A stretch of 63,796 bases of DNA, filler included, from Hausera hauseri (Eukaryota): assembly GCA_046269625.1 (NCBI GenBank). It is 11 parts of 11 records of this genome, joined end to end, with 100 filler letters (N's around TTAATTAATTAA, not from the genome) between each part and the next. Parts side by side here need not be neighbours in the genome. Positions count along the whole stretch, not along the records: positions 12,749 to 17,865 come from JBJURY010330715.1; positions 17,966 to 22,418 come from JBJURY010573894.1; positions 22,519 to 32,632 come from JBJURY010237739.1; 8 more parts are not named here. The stretch is one strand, 5' to 3'. Numbering within the stretch: the stretch's first letter is position 1; each line of letters opens with the position of its first letter. The notes under the pieces are model-generated. The model had not been told where the DNA came from and searched no databases. It worked only from the letters and a program-made list of their open reading frames with translations. Below, piece by piece: positions 12,954 to 25,926 of this stretch. Both the position numbers and the translations under genes were made by a program.

Positions 12954-15900
12954 TTATATGCTTATTTTATCATCCAGAATATGCCTCTTATCATCCATCC
13001 AATCTAGGCTTTTCTTCTGTAGTGTTACTGTCTCAATGTTATGAGCCCTAAACTGGATCCTTCTCTTCTCTGATATTAAGTGAGTTTGCTCATGCAGAAC
13101 TTTATCATAGCCATCGAAGCTGATCTTCTTGGCTAAGGTCATCCTTTGAACCCCTTTGGCCCACTTCTTTACTGGGTCACATACATTTTGGACCTAAGAG
13201 CTACAGATCTCGAGATGATGGCCCCAATCATCTCTTCTTTGAATTTCCCAAGGATTTTCTTGTTGTTAATTGAATAGTTAGGATGCTCCTTCGGATAGTC
13301 AGACATATCCATATGCTGACCCAACTTAGCAAAGTCCTCATAAGTGTCCTCCATATGGATCTGATAGATGAACTTATCAGTATCCATGCACATCAGCTGT
13401 ATAGACTTGAATGTGGGGACCGTGATATCGTGGAGGAACTTGTACATCAAGGTCTTTGGCAGATGTAGTATTGTCATACTCACATATATGGGCTTGTTGA
13501 ACTCAAACGATGTTTTCAGCATATGGATGCTGACCAAGTTCTTTGCATATATGGCGCTGCTGTGGAAGTTGGGCTTGGCAATGAGCTTCTTTGCCCTCTT
13601 CCACTCACAGACCACCTCGATGTTGATCCTGTTGCGGATATTCTCCATAGTCTTGCCAAAAACTTGAACTTGTCCTTCTCAAAGTAGTTCTTGGAATTGG
13701 TCCGTAGCTTTCTATTGATGTCTGCATATGGCTGCAGCCACATGGACTGGCTGAACTTCAGGGTCCGACGGATCTTCGTAATGCGGAGTCAATTTCTGGC
13801 AGTTTGCTGTAGATTTATGTAGTGGACTACATACCTCTTTCTACTATCCATGTGGCAGAGCAGCTTTCTATGCTTTCCATGGGGCGGACGCTTGATCTCT
13901 GGCAGGAAAGGCAGCTGTTGATGCCTTGTGTGGATAGAAGGCGGATATTCCATATTCACCTCCAGTATGTAGCCCGTATCTCCACTGGGATCCAAGTCCA
14001 ATATAGGGATGTTTTCGGGATGCTCGACCCACTTGAAGTAATGCTGAGTCCATTTCTGGCAGCTTGCTGGAGATTTATGTTGTGGATGGATCATACTGGG
14101 CCATATACTTGTTGTTGGCCTCACTATACCGGTGAATGACCTGGCATATTCTGCTTCTAATGCCTCTCTGGATCACGAGTATCATGTCATAATTCTTTAT
14201 GATTTGCAGCCTAATATCGGTATAGCGCAGCATTGCTGTCCAACTCATTCCTGGAGCCGTAAATAAATGAGCTGGGTCCAATGCATGACTCTTCATCATA
14301 ACATCCCTGGAACTCTCAAAGACATGGGTCAGAAGCAGCACGTCCGTCTTGAGGTATATATCGTTCTATTCCCCAATTGTCATGCATTGAAATGTATGCC
14401 AGACGTTCTCAGCATGCTGGTAGTCTATATCACTAATATCGGTATCAGAGAGGATATTGTAAAAATTTCTTTTGGCCGGCAATGAGGTCTCATCTAGTGT
14501 TTTCCATGAGGTTATATAGTAATAGGGAAACACGCCTTTTCTTTTAACAAGATCAAATGCGGTGGGGTAGAACCGCTTCGTCTCCTTGAGTTCTTCTGCA
14601 GGGAGGTATCTCACTAAACTGTCAAGTGAAGACGACATGAAACGAAAACTGTCTATGAAGCGGAGCCTGATTTTCCCAACATGCTTCGTAAATGTGATGT
14701 ACTTCTCACTGTTTGAGATCACATCAATGTTTTCTTCAATGTTTCCCAGTTCCCGAACAATGAAGTGGGAATCATAGCCACTGAAATTATGGAACATTAC
14801 AGGCACATATGTACTTGTTTTGCAGCGTTGATTGTAGTTGTTGCATGCCGCACCTCGATATGTGCCTGTAAAATGGCCGTGATCCTTGACTTTATGATCC
14901 TCCTTAGTGAAGGACTTGACGCACAACTAACATGCTATTGCCTTGCGCCATTCTTCTTCTTGCTTATTCGACATGCTCATGTCGTCCTTATGCTGTTGCA
15001 ACATATCTCCAAGCCTATGAGCCATATCTTCAAGTCGATTCATGAAATGAGCTGCTGCATTTGGACCCCTGAATAGATATGGTTTACTGTCAAGTCCTTT
15101 GGCATACATGCAAGATGGCGAAAGTTCATTATAGTGGTATGCCGTTGTGCTATTGTGTTGCGGAGTAGGACTGCAGCTTTGTACTGGACGCAGAATAGTC
15201 CAAAAGTCGCAATAGATGACTATTGGGACCTTGTTCTTCTTCTCGAACTTCATGAATTCAGTGTAGTCCTCCTTGGGAAATTCTGGGCTGATACAATAAT
15301 TATTTTTGCAGTACATCTTGTGCTCTGCAAGTTTGTCCACTGCTGAATCATCACTGAAATAGGACAAGCATCGTTTACATATTTCGATTCTTGTTGTGTT
15401 TCGTAATTTGGGATCTGACTAGACGCTCAAAGTCTTTGATCCAAACATAATGTTTCTTTTCTCCATCGTCTAGTAGGGGCAGATCCCTATAATCTTCCAA
15501 TTCAGTATCGCATATCTGCAGGGGATACAATTTGTCTTCCTCGTCCAATCAAAAGATATTGATGGACACGTTGTTGACTTTTCTAAATTTTTGACTTCAT
15601 CTGTGGATGGTGGTAACTTAATACATTGGAAGTCATAGTTGTGCTGCATGTTCTGATATAGTGAAACACGGTAAACATGCTTTTGATCCGTTACGAGTCT
15701 TGATAGAATGGCATACGTGAAACACATGTTGTCGCTATTATGGACATTGATGCATGCTTTTTTATTAATGATCCATTCAGGGAGCTAAATATATGAACTG
15801 CCCTGCATGGGGGAGTACTTGTTCACATACACAAGAAATCTCTTGATTGTTGCCAGAGTCCAGCCGCTCTTCTTTTTCTGGCTTTCCCCGGCTTCACGGA

Positions 15901-16754
15901 TCAGATTCTCGTGCGCCTCTTGCATCAATTCTGCTATATAGGTGTTTTGTAATATGGGCCTACTTTCGGTCTTGAAGGCTCTATTGGATTCTTCGCCATC
16001 AATTTTGATGTATGTGGCCTCCAGCTTCATATTCACTTTAAGGACTTTGAGCTCAGCCATGTTGTTCTGAAGAATTCCCTCTGTCGCTTCCTTTGTGTAT
16101 AAAAGGAAGTCTTGGAGAGTTGTTTGACCAGTTGCATCAATAACATATCTTCGGACTTTTCTCTTTAATACTGCCGCATCAACTAACCACTGTTTTTGAC
16201 TTTTTGATGGAGCGTTTTCTACTGCTGCTATGCGTTGTAGTCCTGCATCGGGCTTATGCTGCTGCTCATTAAAAATGACCTTCTTTGACTTTGACATGAA
16301 GTCTGTCGAATGGGCAATTTGATCTTCGAAAAACTGCATGTATTCTTCATCACATACAGCCTCACATCCTGGGCAAATATAATCGAGGATCCTATTGGCA
16401 GTTCTGAGGTTTGTATATTGCACATGTGCAATACACGTATGAACTGCATCTTTGATTTTGCTTAGGCATGGAAGTCATTATTGGCATAGTGGGATTGAAT
16501 ATCTGTTTTTTCGACTTGGTGAAGGAAATCAGGTGCTGTTTATGGGTATCGTAAAAGTCCTCATAATTGGATGGGCACACTACTTCACGTGTAGGGCATA
16601 AATAATACTCAGCCCTGTTGTAAAGATGGCTGAAATATTTTTTCTTAATGTTGTTAAAATTATCAGGCTCATGGATTTGAGCCAAGCACTCTTTTTATAG
16701 ATAGCACATCTAAAAATCAATTATTTGAGGAGCATAGATAAAAAATCTCACTAT
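12954..16754 (-). pseudogene. Protein-primed family B DNA polymerase (Cys/His repeats, OTU-like, EndoVII-like, exonuclease and polymerase regions), multiply frameshifted
   Basis: DNMCFTYAIL...HYVWIK (OTU-like), KDHGHFTGTYRGAAC (EndoVII-like), FHNFSGYD, FIDSFRFM, RKGVFPY, FGKTMENIR, MDTD, GKFKEE, ALRSKMY, DDKR. Motif A is deleted and motif B truncated. Confidence 0.93.
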
Positions 16755-16948
16755 TCGTGGAAGTGATTTTGAAAATAATGAAATATATAGCCATGTCAAC
16801 ACACACTGCCTCATTTATGGATTTTTTTAATTTTGAATTTTCGAACATTCTAGAATACTTTGTTTTAATGCATCAAATAAATTAAATGTATGTCGGGCGC
16901 CAATTTCCTTATAGGTTTTCATACATGGGGAATCTAATGACGTCATTA
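12954..16948 (-). mobile_element. Polinton/Maverick-like element arm: inner terminal-repeat segment plus pPolB
   Basis: pPolB pseudogene, plus 16860-16948 homologous to C10 57181-57283 and to the reverse complement of C6 32972-33062. Confidence 0.85.
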
Positions 16949-17965
16949 TTGGCGGTGCGTGAGACCCACAATTCCTTGGTACGGACATAATAATGATTAA
17001 AACTATGAAACGATAGAAAATTTACCCGAAACAAAAATTTCACTGTCGTATTCTTCACATAGTCAGTGGACAAGAAATAGTCCGAATTACCGGTTATATA
17101 GAAATATAACATCAAAAACAATTGAACCACATCAGACCTTTTAATGAAAATTTTACATAATCGAATTCAACGTAAAACGTTTGATAATTATGAAGATTGA
17201 GAAATAGTCAATGTGGGTATTTCTGATCGTCCAAAAAAGAAGTTTAAATTCATTTATTTCATCACTGTTCAGAAGAAGGTGATAAATTCTAAGTTAGAAA
17301 CGAGATAGAGTGAAGTAAAATTCCGAAAATTGTGTACAATAACAATACAAATTTGTTTCGTAATTATAAATAATAACTTTTGGTCGTTTATTATTGAAAT
17401 CCATATCTAATCATGATCTAGTTTTGCATTTATTATTGCAACTAGAATTCATAAGAATGAAATTAAATTGTCTTATATAGTGTATATGATATGTATAGAA
17501 AATTGAATAAAAAGGATGGAAGCAATTTTGTCGATTAGATTGCTAAGTAGCATTCTTAGTAATGTCAATACTGCCTTACTTTGATAAAAGGAAGCTGTAA
17601 TTATTGAGAGGCATTTAATGCTCAAATGCAATTATACAGTGGAGTGTCAGACCATATGCATTAGGGATAACCTAATTGTAGGGGTGAAGAGTAAAGCATA
17701 CTACTGTTTTCTGGGTTTATCTCAAAACACGCCCAGGAGCACTTGCTTCCTTTTGCCAAAGGTGGGCAGAGTAGATGTAATAGTTAATTCTTCTAATTTC
17801 TTTAAACGCCAGAGATTAGAAGGAAGTTAGAGAAAACACCAAACATAGTATGATATGGAAAGAGANNNNNNNNNNNNNNNNNNNNNNNNNNNNNNNNNNN
17901 NNNNNNNNNTTAATTAATTAANNNNNNNNNNNNNNNNNNNNNNNNNNNNNNNNNNNNNNNNNNNN

Positions 17966-18180
17966 GAAACATCGACCCAAAAAGAAGCCCTGGATGACAA
18001 CAGAGATATTAACACTATGTGAAAAACGAAGACAGCTGAAAAATCACAAAGGAGACACAATAGGCAACAAACAATATAAAGTAATAAAGAAGCTAATAAA
18101 AAAGAAAATGAAGCTAGGTAAAAAGTCATGGATAGAAGAACAATGTGAAAACATTGAAGACAACCTTAACAGAAATTATA
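17966..18180 (+). mobile_element. RTE-clade non-LTR retrotransposon ORF fragment (between endonuclease and RT)
   Basis: KPWMTTEIL..CEKRRQLK...QYK...K..W.EEQC.NIE is typical of the RTE/BovB linker region. Confidence 0.75.
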
Positions 18181-19586
18181 GAGTATTAAACAGTGAAAAA
18201 GTTAACTGTAAACTGCCCCGAACCATCAGTGTAGTTAATGTCTTGTATTTCCCTTACATTACATTATTCTATCTTATCATGCGAAAGGAAGAAGAAAATG
18301 CAGTGAATAAGAATGTCCAATATTCACTATTCATATCAACAGTAATGATAGTCTACGTTCCTAATTTTATGTTGTGTAAAAACGTAGAGTATTTAAAAAG
18401 TATAGTTTCTAGACACGTCTAATTTTAATTGATAATAAGGACTGCCTGATAAACTGTCCTTCCGCGCGGTGAGATTTACAACCGCAAGCATGGATCCTCT
18501 GCTCATAGCTCGCCATGTTTTCCTTTCTGGAGTCACAACGAGAGCGTGGGAGGAAATCTTGGCTGCCTGACGTCGGCACTGGCACTGTTTAACAAGGCCG
18601 GACAACAGTTACATGAAGCCCTCAGCGCTTCTGATACGCATTAAATCGGTATTAACATGCCATAGTTTCTGCTGTAGTATACAATGTTTCGTAACTATCT
18701 ATGAATGTAGAAAGCGAGAACCCATTTTACTGAGACGCACAAGAATGGTTACTTCATCGTTTCATATTGACAATGATGCTGAACCCAGCTGTATCTTCAC
18801 GAAAGACAGTGGATCTGTGTTCTCCGTAAAAGGTTGCGGAGAACCACTGCCTGTTTTACATAGAAGAAAAACCGAATCCACGTCCAATCCTGACTTTGCT
18901 TGGTCGTTTCGAATGACGTTTCGAAAAAAAAAAAAAGCATGTACACAGAAAGACTCAGCTACTGTCAACTCTTCTACCTGTGTAACGTGTCTAAGACCTT
19001 AAAGTATGACACCAGACCTGAGGGTTTCAAAGACTAGATCAAAATATAAATGGTGTAACAGTAATTTCAGTCTTTGATTATTGAAAAATGTATAAATGTA
19101 CCTCCTTATTCAGAAACTAATCACTTTCTTGCTGTGTCAGCTGCAGTGTGTCTCATGGTTCTGTTAGCGCTTTCAGTTTCGGTCACACGTAATCAGTTGT
19201 TATGAACGTTAATACAGATCAACCTGAAGTATTATTACAATTTGGAAGCAACATGAACATTCATAGTTTTGTTGAAATTTTACATAAAACTGAAGCTGCA
19301 ATCTCTTTATGTAATTTGTATGCATCATATAATGAGGTTCAGGTTAGGAGAACTTTGACGTCACAGTAGTATGCGCTCTACCATAAAGAGAAGTGGAACA
19401 GCTGCGGTATGTGGGCTATCATAGACAGAAAGGCGAAAATCAGTATTTATCGTTTACCAGTGTTGAACACTCGGTTTTATTGTTGTTGGAGTGGAAATGA
19501 TCCTGGGAATACTATATCTACACTTTTCAATAACGTGACTCAATTTATATATCTGTACTTCCTTATCTTAGACAATTTATAAGAAT

Positions 19587-20549
19587 CTACCAGTGTCGTC
19601 TTTTATAGCAACACGTTTTTATATTTGTAAATGTTTCTTTCAAGGCAGTGGAAAATTCCTGGTTTATACTGGCATAAATTACAAAATTTACAACTGAATG
19701 AAGTGGCATCAGAAAGAACGACCCCATGTAGATATTGTGTGGGACGCCGCGTAAATGCCCAATGCCTACAGATAATATTGGTGTTGCTGTACACACTAAA
19801 AAGACTCCAAACATAAGAACAAAAAACTTGACACTTCTCAAAGCCACACGACTGTTTCTGGGTAGAATGTTTCCTATAGATTCCTGGCGATGGCATCTCC
19901 TAACGTTTGCGGCTTTCTTGTGTTTAAACGCAATGTAAGCGATTAGAAAGTAGCAACCAAATATAATTATCACACTCAGTGTATAAATAGCGGTTCCCAA
20001 CCACTGAAACACACCTGGAATATGTAATATTATGCAAGTCTCATGATACTTGCCATCTCTGAAAAACGTGACAGGAATAAAAGAATAAACAACTCCTACG
20101 ATCCAAGCACAAACAAGTTCGACCAAAATGGTTTTCGTAGTTACATTTTTCATGTAATAAAATGGATGACCAATTTGGATATAACGATCGACAGCGATTA
20201 AACTCATGTGAATCCATGATAAATTAAGTGAGCCAGAACTAATACCAACCACGAAACAGTTCACCAGATGTGTTTTCATTATTGCAGGCAAAGCGCCGGG
20301 AACAAGTGTTAGCTGGTTCAAGGTAAAGTTCACGCCAAATATCAATTCATCAACAGCCATTGACGCTACAATTATATTTGTATTTCCGTGTAATGTTTTG
20401 TGTCTCCATATTGTGACAATCAGAATCAAACACGCACAGACTACGCTGAAACTGATAAATCCTATGAAGTAAATCAAGTAAGTCCCAGAAAACTGTGGGA
20501 CAGAACAAATGTCAGTTTCATTGGGTGTCTGTGTAGTAAGGGCCATCAT
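19587..20549 (-). CDS. Intronless class A (rhodopsin-like) GPCR, orphan/chemoreceptor-like
   Basis: Intact 320-aa ORF with 7 hydrophobic segments, SMAVD in TM2, AVDRYIQIGHPFYY in TM3/ICL2, TM4 Trp, ECL2 Cys, NFVIY-x5-F in TM7/helix 8, and a C-terminal CC. Confidence 0.92.
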   Translation of the reverse strand: MMALTTQTPNETDICSVPQFSGTYLIYFIGFISFSVVCACLILIVTIWRHKTLHGNTNIIVASMAVDELIFGVNFTLNQLTLVPGALPAIMKTHLVNCFVVGISSGSLNLSWIHMSLIAVDRYIQIGHPFYYMKNVTTKTILVELVCAWIVGVVYSFIPVTFFRDGKYHETCIILHIPGVFQWLGTAIYTLSVIIIFGCYFLIAYIAFKHKKAANVRRCHRQESIGNILPRNSRVALRSVKFFVLMFGVFLVCTATPILSVGIGHLRGVPHNIYMGSFFLMPLHSVVNFVIYASINQEFSTALKETFTNIKTCCYKRRHW

Positions 20550-22518
20550 TTTCTAATCAGTAATGCTTGCATCGTGTTTTGTCAGTCCTTGTATGGGATT
20601 AACAGACTTTAGAACAATGATACGCTGTCACATTCGAGCAGCAAATCACAAAAGATCAACAAAAGACGATCACCTGGATGTTTTGGCTTATGAGTATCAG
20701 ATTTTGGCTCAGGCGAGTGTGACGACTCTAAAGTGTCAAGATCCAAGAACTTGAAATTTTGCCCAAAAATAGATGATTTTGTTTTTATCAGATTATCTCT
20801 TGTTGACGATGATGTTTCAAGCGTTAACGCGTTTGCACCGGAGCCTACTTTGTACATGTAGTTGAAATCTTAATATCGTTTTCTTCTCACTGTTTCTCCG
20901 GGTTCAGTAACATTTTCTTTATCTCGTTTGATATAACTCATCCGTTATTTGATAGTACTGACTGTAAATGTCCTAGAATTAATGTGTTTCCTGGACTATT
21001 AATTACCGAGAAGTGTGCGCACTTTTTTTTACCTCGGTCACGGGGTGTCTAAAATACAGTACCCAGTTCTTTCCCATGAAAATGTGTAACTACATCTTCG
21101 TTGTTCAACATATGGCGCCATTTTTGTGGTATGAATGTAAATCAATTTCAGTTGGTACATTAAAATTAGTTTTTGGAAGTTAATAGAAGACAGATCTACA
21201 TGGTTCTTACTGTGAGCAGTAAGAACCATGTAGATTATACTATTTAAAGCTATATTTAAAGACGAAAGAGCATCATTTTAAAATACTTTCACACATTGCA
21301 CAGGCCAGCGTGACAGATGTGTTGACCCATTTTGTATGCAGAATGTTGATGCCTCTGACGAGGTGGATTTATATTTGACTTTTCAGAAACACAATTTAGG
21401 TAAAAGGCCAAGCATGTGTGGCTTTTTTGCCACACTGTGTTGCGTTTCTGTGTGTGAGGATGAGTACAGTATCATAGTAGGTCAGGGGATTGTTTGTCTG
21501 ATCCATTGAGGAGTGATTAGTGCAGACACACTGAGCCGGGGTTCTTCCCACTCATAGAGGGGGAGGATGGCCACTGCCAGACTCACTGGTCCCACTCCCC
21601 ACCAACCCCCACCCCGAACAGCTCCCAAAACCAGACTACAAAGAGGACAGATTGGCTATGTGGCTTTTCCTTTTTATTTTATTTTTATAATGTTCTGCAT
21701 AATAAACACAATTGGTCACATAATGAGTAAGCATTCCAGTGTTAATTTATTTTTATCATCTGTCCGACATCTCTATTTACATTGGTAATTCTTAACGGGG
21801 GCGGTACTGCAGTAAATAAGTTCTTCCTACTATTTCCTTGACCGCAAACATTCATAGCTGTAGATAAAAAAAAAAGCAGCCTTCCTCTAACAAAATTCTT
21901 CATCTTTCAGAATCTACTATTTGGGCAACAGTCTTGCATAGTATGATGCCGCCTTATTAATGTGAGTTCTTTGAACTCAGACCATTTTCTATATTCAATA
22001 TGCAGTGACCTTTTGCTTAATCTTACACCTGAAACCGTTTAATTAGTTCAAGAAAATCCACAGGTATACAACATTCGATGACCTCAAGATGACACCTCTT
22101 TCTTTAAAAAAAATACATGTTGACATCTGAAGGTGTACGAAAAAGAAGTATGTACAATTTTTTTTTATATGCAAGCTTCAGAGGCATGTAAGAGAGTAAT
22201 AATTACACAGATCTTGTATTACCTTTGTATTATGTCTTACTCTTTTTGGTAGTTTTCCAAAAGTGGTGCCTACCTGTCCAATTCGCGTGGCAATTTCCTA
22301 ATTTAATATAGGGGTTGCATTTACAATGGATCCAACAGTGGATCTTTCAGCAGATCCAAGTTCGTTTCCATTCGAGATTTTCAGACTTTCAATCAATTGA
22401 CGTGATCCCACTTCAAACNNNNNNNNNNNNNNNNNNNNNNNNNNNNNNNNNNNNNNNNNNNNTTAATTAATTAANNNNNNNNNNNNNNNNNNNNNNNNNN
22501 NNNNNNNNNNNNNNNNNN

Positions 22519-22620
22519 GAAGTAGGTCAACAGCAGAGATGACTGGGGACACCTGGAATCGCGAGAGGTGGAGATCCATGATAGCCTACGCTTCACAGCA
22601 CGGCACATAATGATGATGAT
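22519..22620 (+). mobile_element. 3' terminus of an RTE-clade LINE with (TGA)n tail
   Basis: Translates as NRERWRSMIAYASQHGT*, immediately followed by TGATGATGAT. Confidence 0.7.
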
Positions 22621-25479
22621 ACTTAAGAACTGTTTCCTGAAGTACTGCTACATGGATGTTTTTGTCTATAAGGAGTTTTATAAGTTCTGGTAATTTGAGT
22701 CTGATCCCATCTATATTGTAAAATATTAAAATCTCCCTCAGTAACATACTAAACACCATTAGCAACTAGGAGACTGCTTGGCGCGGACCTTGTGCGAGGC
22801 GACGTATAATTTCTTTTGAACAAATGGCATGGCATCAAAAGAAAAAAAGGGGAGGGGGTGTGGTTAGCTTCTTCTCATCCCGGTAATTATCCTCTATGCG
22901 GCGTGGTGGGCACTGTACCACTAATCACTGGGGAGTATTTTATTATCCCTTGCTAGCTCTTTAATTGCTTCTGCTGAAGTATCGCTGATTTCTCCCCTTC
23001 CTACTGTTAGTCATCCTACATTCCAGCAGCTACAGACCCAGTGGGGCTCACCGTTGTGCAGTCCCCGATGACCGCTGTATCATGGCTATTACCATGTTTG
23101 GCAGCTATTCTGGGAGCTTATGTGCTCTGTCAAAGGGATCGTCACGTCATGGACCCTGGTGCCTTCACTAAGAGCGCTTCAGGGATGGTCTTGCAGTCAG
23201 ACCATCTCAGGCTCGTGGGAAACGACAGACACACCAAGATGAATAAGAGCGCTCAGTATAGTTTAGCCAGTCGAACGAGACTTACCGGGGAATGGCCACT
23301 GGGAACCATACACTGAACTTCAGAGGTCAAGGTGGACGGGCAGGTTTGAGCAAGTGCGACCGCTTATTCCCGAAAGATGCTACCACTCCTGATCTCCCCA
23401 AAACCCCTCGTGAATACTTCAATACTTCGTGAATGCTTAAATACGTCTGAAGGTAGCTTCTGCCTGTAGTGTCATCTCCAGAACATTCTGGTTTTAATTT
23501 ATGGTGTCCAGTTTAAATTCTCTTTTCTTTCTTGGCCATTGAGAATTCGAATGATCATTCTGCCAAGCGAGCTTTAGTATTATTCTTTAACTTTTCTTCA
23601 TAGGTTGTCACATAAAATGAATAATAGATGGCAAAATGCGCAATCCTGGCAAAGAGCCTCACCGACAAAATGAAGAAAGAAATGTCATACATAAACAAGA
23701 AAACAAAATCCATCACGCAATCCGTCACACTGCAACAAAATCATGAAAATCAAACATGTTAATGTATCAGTGTTTGATAGGATACCTGCTGACTGTAACA
23801 GAAGCGACGAAATCCATTAAGTGTGTTGTCTACATCCTGAAATGGGTGTAATTTAAAAGTATTCTAATCTTCCCAAACAAGACAACTCAGATAAACAATA
23901 CAATGATTTTGACTAGAAACTGTTGACATTTTTGTTGGTTTAAATCTTCAAAAACGTTCACACAAAGATCAACCACTGACTTTGTTCTTTCGCATTTTTC
24001 ACCTGATTGATGTCAGGAAATGATGATTTTAATGTAATTGATACGGTAATTCAAATTGTCCTGAAATGCAGAATTAAGACACCTCTCATAGGCACCTCAA
24101 CAAAATGTCCCTTCTTTGGTTACTATCGAATGTTCTGACGAGAAGAAAGAAACTATGATTAATTCGGTGTAAGCTGGCGGAAAACGCTATAAATTGCATA
24201 TGTAATTTACACGAACGTCTTGACTCGTCATGCATCAAGTCCTAACAATAGAAGTGCAATCCGGATTATGACCGGATAATGAGCCATGACACTTTCGAAG
24301 CACGTGCAGGAAGTGCAGACAGCTTCTACAAATTTTAATACACGGAAACAAGGTCAGAATGTGATAGACTTTCTATACCCAGCTATGACCATTTGTTTCC
24401 TTTTTAATTTTCAGTCTTCTTACTTAGCCTCGGTGCGAGGTTGGCACAGGGATGTGTTTATATGTAACACCTCTCAATACGTAGGGCATAAGGGCTGGTA
24501 GTTAGATGTGTCTGTCAAGGCCCTACCTTCTTGTGGCCCTTAGACTCGATTTTCCCGGTTGGTAACATAATGGGGGCGGTTGTTCGGGGCCGATCCTACC
24601 AAATGACTATCATCCCCATGCTAGTGTGTAACGGGGTCATATAGAAGAGGAAATCCTTGGCAGCCGAAGACGGATGCATGGGGCCATGGTGTCCTTTAGC
24701 GGATCAGAGCGTAAATCGAACGTTCGTACAAATAAGCCCGATCTGAAAGCAGGATGCTACGTGACCCGCTCTAGTATATCAGGAACGACGCACCGGAGAG
24801 CTGTCTCGAGCGAGTGTTATTAATTACTTAGTACGTCATGTTATGTTAATTCATGTTAGACTATCATCATTAAACTCCGGACATATCCGTAAGTAGCGAA
24901 CCTCTACTCAAAATATCCGTTAGCGTCCAGCGTCTAAGTGTGTCGAGTGTCTCTCATATGTCTTGTATGAATCTTCAGTCTCATTTTATGTATTCTGTAC
25001 AAAGATACTGAATAGGTATCACTGTGTCCCCGTATGAAAAATGTAATGAATGAGAAATGCAACAGCGCAATGCAAGGTCTGGGCGACATTCATAGGCCCT
25101 GTTCACAATTTCCGTTCATTTCTCAATCTCTCTTTCCATTCCTCCCACCTTTCTATTAAAGAATAAACTACCAGATATTACGAAAAAAAATTTAATTGAT
25201 TTTTTATGTTCATTTGAATGTAAAAAACTGCATTTCTCATATTTGACTCACTGTAAAAATCGTCCTAATTGCGATAGAGGAATTTTTAAAACGCAATATT
25301 AAAGCTTAGAATGTCTGTTTTCGAATGCATGTAAACTTTAATAATTTTTGCGGAAACCCTATTTATAACAAGTCTGAAAAGTTAATACACCCAATATGAA
25401 ATAATCCTTGCTGGAAACTAGCGCCATCTAGGTGGTTTGTTTTGAAGGGGGCATTTTACGAGCAATTATCTCCGCGGGG

Positions 25480-25926
25480 TGTCATGGGGTTCTAAAGTAC
25501 TGAGTCTCCCCTCTATGTTTTGGGATGTCGCTTCTGCAGTAACTTCATGAGTTGTCCAACAGAAATGCGGTTGGGGTCAGATTTGACCTCCTGACCCACC
25601 AGCTGTGTGAAAATTGATATCTGGACGCTGTGCAGAACTGTAGATGGATCTTCCCCGGAGAAGAGCATCTTGTGCGTATAGGTATGCCATCAGCTCCCCC
25701 CCCCCCCTGAGGAGCAGAAGAGTGAAGTCTTGGTCAGAGCGCGGTCCCAGAATTTTTAGTGAATTTCGGCTGTGGTCCGGACAATTGTGAATCTCTCATT
25801 CCGGTGTCGCGGGTGAGAGTTTTAAAAGTGAAAAGAGTTGTACTGCTGATCCGGGCAACTTATTTTATACGCTACCAAAAGTCTTGTACATATGCTTGTA
25901 AATATAAATAAAATACATACGTTACA
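25480..25926 (+). repeat. Possible solo LTR
   Basis: TGTCA...TTACA termini, AATAAA shortly before the end, and flanks GGGG/GGGT (imperfect 4-bp TSD). Confidence 0.4.

Noticed and set aside
13283-15346. Plus-strand ORFs overlapping pPolB, and similar antisense ORFs over Gypsy, GPCR and transposase genes
   Set aside because: Shadow ORFs of the real coding strand with no motifs of their own.
16691-16700. TATAAAAAG upstream of the C3 pPolB as a TATA box for the TBP-like protein
   Set aside because: The C6 homologue reads CTATGCAAAGAG (Leu-Cys-Lys-Glu) just after a splice acceptor, so this is a mutated coding position.
24463-25926. 1.46-kb solo LTR with TGTAAC...GTTACA ends
   Set aside because: Flanks TTATA/GGGTA give no TSD; the shorter 25480-25926 candidate fits better.
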